Made by a program: the position numbers and the translations under genes | Notes under the pieces: model-generated | What the model was told of the DNA's origin: nothing | The model's database searches: none | The model's input: the letters and a program-made list of their open reading frames with translations, nothing else | In this document: positions 58,506 through 64,000 of the stretch, piece by piece | Position numbering within the stretch: position 1 is the stretch's first letter | How the letters are laid out: every line of letters starts with the position of its first letter | DNA from: Candidatus Omnitrophota bacterium | GTDB taxonomy: Bacteria; Omnitrophota; Gorgyraeia; JABMRN01; RBG-13-46-9 | DNA: 64,000 bases | Reading direction: 5' to 3' | Assembly: GCA_013203315.1 (NCBI GenBank) | Contig: JABMQJ010000012.1 | Span: 1 to 64,000 of the forward strand

Positions 58506-59747
58506 ATGCACCGTTTTAAGTACAAAGGAAATTCACTTTATTGCGAAAACGTGAAGGTTGAAGAAATAGCCAAAGAGGTAGGCACGCCTGTCTACATCTA
58601 TAGCAAGAACACGCTTCTTGACCATTATCGGAAGATAGAGGACGCGCTTCGCGAAGTATCGCCGCTTATTTGTTTTTCCGTAAAGAGTAACTCTAATCTC
58701 GCTGTATTGAAGACGTTAGTTTCAGCAGGTGCAGGACTTGATGTTGTTTCAGGTGGGGAACTATACCGAGGAAAACTCTCAGGCGTGCGACCCGAAAAGA
58801 TTGTTTATGCGGGTGTCGGAAAAAAGCGCGATGAAATTCTAGACGCCATTCGCTACGGGATACTGTTTTTCAACGTAGAGTCCGAAGAGGAGCTCGCGCT
58901 CATAAATCGATGCGCGCTCGAATTACGCAAGAAAGTAAACGTTGCGATCAGGGTAAACCCGGACGTTGGTGCCCATACGCACAAATATATAACTACCGGC
59001 AAGGGGCACACGAAGTTTGGTGTTGATTTTAATACCGTAAAGCGTATCTTCCGTTCAAAATGGAGATATAGGAATGTCAACCTAAGAGGCATACACATAC
59101 ACATAGGTTCTCAGATAGTGAATCCAAACCCGTTTCAGAACGCGATAAAGAAGGTATTGAAGTTTTTAAAAGAAAACAAGATATTCGTGGAATATCTTAA
59201 TATAGGAGGGGGCCTGGGGATAGTATATTCTTTTGAAAAACCGCAGACTGCCAAACATTTTGCTAAAAGAATTCTACCGTTAATTAAAAAGTCCGGGCTC
59301 AAGCTTATACTTGAACCGGGCAGATTTATTTGCGGTAATAGCGGAATAATGGTTACAAAAGTTCTCTTTAGAAAAAAGACAGGGCAAAAGAGATTTGCCA
59401 TCGTAGACGGCGGCATGAATGACCTTATAAGGCCAAGCCTCTACGAGGCGCATCACACCATTGTTCCCGTCACTCTGCCCAAGAAAGGGGCTAAGAAGGG
59501 AAAGTTCGACATAGTCGGACCCATATGTGAAACCGGTGACTTCCTCGCTAAAGATCGAAGAATGAAGCTCCTGGATCGGGGCGACCTTCTTGCCGTGATG
59601 GCCGCAGGCGCTTACGGCTACACCATGTCCAGCAATTATAACTCAAGGCCGCGCGCAGCAGAGGTAATGGTTAGCGGAAGCAAGTTTTCCGTGGTTAAGA
59701 AAAGAGAAAATTACAGGGATCTCGTAAGAGGGGAATCGTCCGGGTAA
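58506..59747 (+). CDS. lysA: Diaminopimelate decarboxylase
   Basis: DVVSGGEL, HIGSQI, EPGR, RPSLY, GPICETGD, SNYNSRPR. Confidence 0.97.
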   Translation: MHRFKYKGNSLYCENVKVEEIAKEVGTPVYIYSKNTLLDHYRKIEDALREVSPLICFSVKSNSNLAVLKTLVSAGAGLDVVSGGELYRGKLSGVRPEKIVYAGVGKKRDEILDAIRYGILFFNVESEEELALINRCALELRKKVNVAIRVNPDVGAHTHKYITTGKGHTKFGVDFNTVKRIFRSKWRYRNVNLRGIHIHIGSQIVNPNPFQNAIKKVLKFLKENKIFVEYLNIGGGLGIVYSFEKPQTAKHFAKRILPLIKKSGLKLILEPGRFICGNSGIMVTKVLFRKKTGQKRFAIVDGGMNDLIRPSLYEAHHTIVPVTLPKKGAKKGKFDIVGPICETGDFLAKDRRMKLLDRGDLLAVMAAGAYGYTMSSNYNSRPRAAEVMVSGSKFSVVKKRENYRDLVRGESSG

Positions 59748-59748
59748 A

Positions 59749-60567
59749 ATGAAAATAAACTTCACTAAAGCAGTAGCCAGCGGAAACGATTTTGTAATCG
59801 TGGACAATAGAGCCGGCAAGCTTGCCGGAGAAATAGCCGATTTCGGTGATTTTGCGAAGTTCGTATGCCGAAGAATGCTTTCCGTAGGATCCGATGGGCT
59901 ACTCGTTTTAGAAGATTCAAGTGCGGCAGATTTTAAAATGCGTATCTTTAATCCCGACGGCTCCGAGGTGACAATGTGCGGAAACGGCATTAGGTGTAGC
60001 GCCTTATACGCTTACGAAAAGAAATGGTGCGGTGCCGTAATGAAAATTGAAACAGGCGCAGGCACGCTGGCCGCTGAAGTAGAGGGTGATTCGGTAAAGG
60101 TAAAAATGACAGCCCCTAAAAATATAAAACTTGATCAGAATATAGGCGCCGGTAAAACAATAATGAACGTTCACACGGTGAATACGGGCGTCCCGCATGT
60201 TGTGCATTTTGTCGAAAAGATAGAGAAATATCCCGTAAAAGAAATGGGATCAAAAATTAGATATCACAAGGTTTTTCAGCCTGAAGGAACGAACGCGAAC
60301 TTTGTGCAGAAAATAGACGATTCAACTATTGTGGTAAGAACTTACGAAAGAGGCGTCGAAGACGAGACGCTTGCGTGCGGTACGGGCGTGGTTGCCTCGG
60401 CTATTATTTCACATTTAGCGCTTGGAGCCAAGGAGCCGGTTAGCGCTATTACAAGAAGTAAAGAAATTTTAAGGGTTAGCTTTAAAAAGGAACACAAGTC
60501 TTTTCGCGATGTTTTCCTGGAAGGACAGGCGCGAATTGCTTTTGAAGGAGAGGTAGATTATGTTTAG
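59749..60567 (+). CDS. dapF: Diaminopimelate epimerase
   Basis: GNDF, MCGNGIRC, GVPH, ERGVEDETLACGTG. Confidence 0.97.
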   Translation: MKINFTKAVASGNDFVIVDNRAGKLAGEIADFGDFAKFVCRRMLSVGSDGLLVLEDSSAADFKMRIFNPDGSEVTMCGNGIRCSALYAYEKKWCGAVMKIETGAGTLAAEVEGDSVKVKMTAPKNIKLDQNIGAGKTIMNVHTVNTGVPHVVHFVEKIEKYPVKEMGSKIRYHKVFQPEGTNANFVQKIDDSTIVVRTYERGVEDETLACGTGVVASAIISHLALGAKEPVSAITRSKEILRVSFKKEHKSFRDVFLEGQARIAFEGEVDYV

Positions 60568-61426
60568 AGGATCATTTGTCGCCATAGTTACGCCGTTTAG
60601 AAACGGCAAAATTGACGAAAAAAAGTTTGAGCAACTTGTGGAATTCCAGATTAAAAACGGAACAGACGGTATTGTCCCGGCAGGATGCACGGGCGAGGCC
60701 GCGACGCTTAGCCACCAGGAGCAAAAGCGTTTCGTGAAGCTTGCTGTCGAGATAGTGGACGGACGCGTTCCTGTCATAGGCGGGGCAGGCTCGAATAATA
60801 CCGCGGAGGCTATTTCTCTTACGAAACAAGCGAAGTCGGCGGGCTGCGATGCAGTGCTGTCGATTACCCCTTACTACAATAAGCCCACGCCCGAAGGGCA
60901 ATACAGGCATTACGAGGCGATTGCTAAGAATGTTGATATACCGATTATGCTTTACAACGTGCCCTCGCGTACGGGCATATCGATTAAACCCGAAACGGTT
61001 GCGCGGCTTTCTAAAATCGACAACATTGTCTCTATTAAAGAGGCATCAGGGAGCCTCGATCAGGTAAGCCAGATCCTGTCTCTTTGTGACATAAACGTGT
61101 TAAGCGGGGACGATTCACTTACGCTGCCCATGATGGCGATCGGCGCGACGGGCGTTGTAAGCGTTGTGGCCAATATTATCCCGAAGGAAGTTCACGACAT
61201 GGTGTTTAATTTCCTGGAAGGCGATATAGAGAGAGCAAAGAAGCTGCATTACAGCATAATACCTCTCTGTAAGGCAATGTTTATCGAGACAAACCCGATA
61301 CCTGTCAAGACCTCGATGAAAGCGATGAAGAGGATAAACGGCCAGATGCGCCTGCCTCTTTGCGGGATGATGAAGGATAATGAAGCAAAGCTTAAGAAGG
61401 CCCTGAAGGCTTACGGACTAATATAA
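60560..61426 (+). CDS. dapA: 4-hydroxy-tetrahydrodipicolinate synthase
   Basis: GCTGE, PYYNKP, YNVPSRT, IKEASG, LSGDD, ETNPIPVK. Confidence 0.96.
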   Translation: MFRGSFVAIVTPFRNGKIDEKKFEQLVEFQIKNGTDGIVPAGCTGEAATLSHQEQKRFVKLAVEIVDGRVPVIGGAGSNNTAEAISLTKQAKSAGCDAVLSITPYYNKPTPEGQYRHYEAIAKNVDIPIMLYNVPSRTGISIKPETVARLSKIDNIVSIKEASGSLDQVSQILSLCDINVLSGDDSLTLPMMAIGATGVVSVVANIIPKEVHDMVFNFLEGDIERAKKLHYSIIPLCKAMFIETNPIPVKTSMKAMKRINGQMRLPLCGMMKDNEAKLKKALKAYGLI

Positions 61427-61437
61427 AAGAGAAAAAA

Positions 61438-62139
61438 ATGGTTAAAATAGTTATAAGTGGTGCTGCGGGTAGGATGGGGAAGCGCATAGCAGAGCTTGCC
61501 CGGAAGGATACGGATCTCGGCGTAGTGGCCGGTGTTGAACTAAAAGACAACCCCGGTTTAAAAATCGTAAGTGATTTAAATAAAATCAAAGACGAATACG
61601 ACTGCATTATCGAATTTACTACACCGAAGGCGACCCTTGAGCACGTTAAAATTGCCAAAGAGCGTAAAAAGGCAATCGTAATCGGTACTACCGGTTTATC
61701 CGAAACCCAAATGAGCGAAATACGCGAAGCTTCGAAAACTATACCTATAGTTTTTTCACCGAACATGTCAGTCGGCGTTAACGTGCTTTTTGATCTTATA
61801 GGAAAAGCGTCCAAGGTTCTGGGAAAAAGCTATAAGGTAAAGATAAAGGAAGCCCATCACGTGCACAAAAAAGATAAACCGAGTGGCACGGCAAAATTGA
61901 TGGCGAACATCGTAAACGAAAAAACCGGGTCAAAAAACGTGCCGGTGCAATCCGTAAGGGAAGGCGAGATCGTGGGCGACCACGACATATTCTTCGAAAG
62001 CGACGTGGACGTTTTGAGAATCTCGCATAGCGCAAAGACCAGGGATATATTTGTGCTGGGTGCGTTAAAAGCGGCAAAATTCGTTGCTACGAAAAAAAAT
62101 GGCCTCTTTTCCATGAAAGATGTGCTGGAGGAGTTATAA
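61438..62139 (+). CDS. dapB: 4-hydroxy-tetrahydrodipicolinate reductase
   Basis: GAAGRMG, GTTG, PNMSVG, EAHHVHKKDKPSGTA. Confidence 0.96.
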   Translation: MVKIVISGAAGRMGKRIAELARKDTDLGVVAGVELKDNPGLKIVSDLNKIKDEYDCIIEFTTPKATLEHVKIAKERKKAIVIGTTGLSETQMSEIREASKTIPIVFSPNMSVGVNVLFDLIGKASKVLGKSYKVKIKEAHHVHKKDKPSGTAKLMANIVNEKTGSKNVPVQSVREGEIVGDHDIFFESDVDVLRISHSAKTRDIFVLGALKAAKFVATKKNGLFSMKDVLEEL

Positions 62140-62141
62140 AG

Positions 62142-63311
62142 ATGGGATTGCGCATAGTCAGGTCCGATAGGTTGAATAAATTGCCACCGTATCTATTTGT
62201 GGAAATAGATAGGGCAAAGAAGAAGGCGGTCAGCGCGGGCCGCGATATAATTGATTTAGGTGTCGGCGACCCTGATCAGCCTACGCCGCGATTCATCCTG
62301 GATGCATTACATAAGGCAAGCCGGGATCCTAAGACGCATAAATATGCGCTTGATAAAGGGATGCCGGAACTAAGGGCCGAGATTGCCCGCTGGTATAAAG
62401 CAAGGTTTGGTGTTGAACTGGACCCTGATAGGGAAGTTCTGCCCCTTATCGGCTCCAAGGAGGGCATTGCTCACATACCGCTCGCTCTCATTAACCCGGG
62501 CGACATAGGCCTTGTCCCGGAGCCATGCTACCCTCCATACAATTCAGGCGTGATTTTTGCTGGGGGCGAACCACATAAGCTGCCGCTACTGGCAAAAAAT
62601 GCGTTTTTGCCGGATTTGCGTCACATAAATTCTACGGTCCTCAGTAAGGTGAAGCTCATGTTTATAAATTATCCGAACAACCCTACTGCGGCAGTGTGCG
62701 ATAAAGCATTTTTTAAGGAATGCGTAAAGTTTGCGGAAAAACACAATATTATTATTTGTCACGACGCCGCTTATAGCGAACTTTCTTTTGATGGATTAAG
62801 GAACCCGAGCTTTTTGGAAACAGACGGCGCAAAAGGAGTCGGCGTTGAATTCCATTCCTTTTCGAAAGTTTTTAACATGACCGGCTGGAGAATTGGCTTT
62901 GTATGCGGAAATTCAGAAGTCATAGAAGCGCTTGCGAAAGTAAAGGCGAATGTCGATTCAGGCGTTTTTAACGCTATCCAGATAGCCGGCATCACAGCAT
63001 TGAAAAAAATAGATAGTGTTACAAAAAGCGCAAACGCGCTTTACCAGAAGCGAAGAAACATTTTCATTGATGGTTTGGATAAAATCGGTTGGAGTGTTCC
63101 AAAGCCTAAGGCCACGTTTTACGTATGGGCACCTGTTTTTGGAAGGCATACGTCGGTTACACTGGCGCAGGCTCTTCTTGATAAAGCCAATGTAATCGCT
63201 ACGCCGGGCAACGGCTTCGGCGCAAGCGGAGAAGGCTATGTGCGGATGGCACTTACGGTAGATGAGGGTCGACTAAAGGAAGCGGTTGCAAGAATCGCGA
63301 AGATTATCTGA
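62142..63311 (+). CDS. dapL: LL-diaminopimelate aminotransferase
   Basis: LPPYLF, LGVGDPD, GSKEG, NYPNNPT, HDAAY, SFSKVFNMTGWR; follows dapAB. Confidence 0.85.
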   Translation: MGLRIVRSDRLNKLPPYLFVEIDRAKKKAVSAGRDIIDLGVGDPDQPTPRFILDALHKASRDPKTHKYALDKGMPELRAEIARWYKARFGVELDPDREVLPLIGSKEGIAHIPLALINPGDIGLVPEPCYPPYNSGVIFAGGEPHKLPLLAKNAFLPDLRHINSTVLSKVKLMFINYPNNPTAAVCDKAFFKECVKFAEKHNIIICHDAAYSELSFDGLRNPSFLETDGAKGVGVEFHSFSKVFNMTGWRIGFVCGNSEVIEALAKVKANVDSGVFNAIQIAGITALKKIDSVTKSANALYQKRRNIFIDGLDKIGWSVPKPKATFYVWAPVFGRHTSVTLAQALLDKANVIATPGNGFGASGEGYVRMALTVDEGRLKEAVARIAKII

Positions 63312-63315
63312 TAAA

Positions 63316-63735
63316 ATGCCGGAAGAAAAGAAAACCGTCTTTATAGGCATGGGGTCAAATCTGGGAGACCGGAAGGCAAATATCGAAAAAGCCTTAGCGC
63401 TTGTAAACCTGATTAAAGGTGTAAAGCTTTTAAGGGTTTCCTCGATTTATGAGACAGAGCCGCAGGGCGGCCCGCCCCAGGGAAACTTCTTAAACGGCGT
63501 CTTTGAGGTGAAAACGGCGCGTAGCCCATTTAAATTGCTGGATGAATTGCAGAAAATAGAAAAACACCTCGGCAGAAAAAGAAGAGTAAAAAACGGGCCG
63601 CGCACGATAGATTTAGATATTCTCACTTTCGCCGACAGAAAAGTAAACGCCAAAAATTTAAAAATTCCGCACCCCAGAATGCATAAACGTGAATTTGTTT
63701 TGCGTGGCATAAGAGAGTTACGGGGCTTAAAATGA
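63316..63735 (+). CDS. folK: 2-amino-4-hydroxy-6-hydroxymethyldihydropteridine diphosphokinase
   Basis: [31 protein letters not shown]...REFVL. Confidence 0.96.
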   Translation: MPEEKKTVFIGMGSNLGDRKANIEKALALVNLIKGVKLLRVSSIYETEPQGGPPQGNFLNGVFEVKTARSPFKLLDELQKIEKHLGRKRRVKNGPRTIDLDILTFADRKVNAKNLKIPHPRMHKREFVLRGIRELRGLK

Positions 63736-64000
63736 AGATAATAAAAAAAGTCGATAAAATGAAAACCTACGCGAAGATCATGAAGAAAGAAAATAAGCTT
63801 ATCGGCTTTATTCCGACAATGGGATATCTACACGAAGGGCACTTAAGTCTTATGCGGACTGCCAGAAAGCAAACAGACACGGTTATAACAAGCATATTTG
63901 TAAATCCTCTCCAGTTTGGTCCGGATGAGGATTTTAAGAAATACCCGCGGAACATAAAAAAGGACGAGGAGCTTGCCAGGCAATGCGGCGTAGACGTCAT
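63732..64000 (+). CDS. panC: Pantoate--beta-alanine ligase (5' part, runs off the window)
   Basis: ATGA overlap with folK; translation contains [16 protein letters not shown] and [20 protein letters not shown]. Confidence 0.95.
   Translation, partial: MKIIKKVDKMKTYAKIMKKENKLIGFIPTMGYLHEGHLSLMRTARKQTDTVITSIFVNPLQFGPDEDFKKYPRNIKKDEELARQCGVDV

Overview
Gene-dense, moderately AT-rich bacterial chromosome segment with almost all genes on the + strand. Gene order and protein style suggest an uncultured PVC-group organism such as Omnitrophota; this is inference and cannot be verified from the window alone. In order it holds: priA, an SGNH hydrolase, fmt and a convergent GT-C glycosyltransferase; two tandem GalT-like genes, gap, a two-component pair and glgA; pgk-tpiA-secG and an Opp/App-type ABC transporter; a 133-bp hairpin element; an otsA-otsB-(OrfY/DUF5752-like)-treT trehalose operon; leuCDB-asd-truA; a ~19.5-kb accessory signalling and type IV filament locus (28428-47957); an NSS transporter; rplM-rpsI; and an argCJBDFGH-lysA-dapFAB-dapL-folK-panC run. 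The accessory locus is the best candidate for an undescribed system. It has three related histidine kinases (one ending in a degenerate GGDEF domain with an intact RxxD I-site), four tandem stand-alone receivers, an orphan CheR-TPR followed by an unannotated 59-aa CheW/receiver chimera (probable deletion scar), an MshEN-type PilB, a GspG-like major pilin, a PilX fused to a discoidin lectin domain, a PilM-PilN fusion, a REC-GGDEF cyclase, an uncharacterised beta-hairpin repeat protein and a secreted aspartyl protease. No secretin, PilT, MCP or CheA is encoded in the window. No rRNA, tRNA, CRISPR array or transposase was recognised. All calls come from motif recognition by eye, not database searches.
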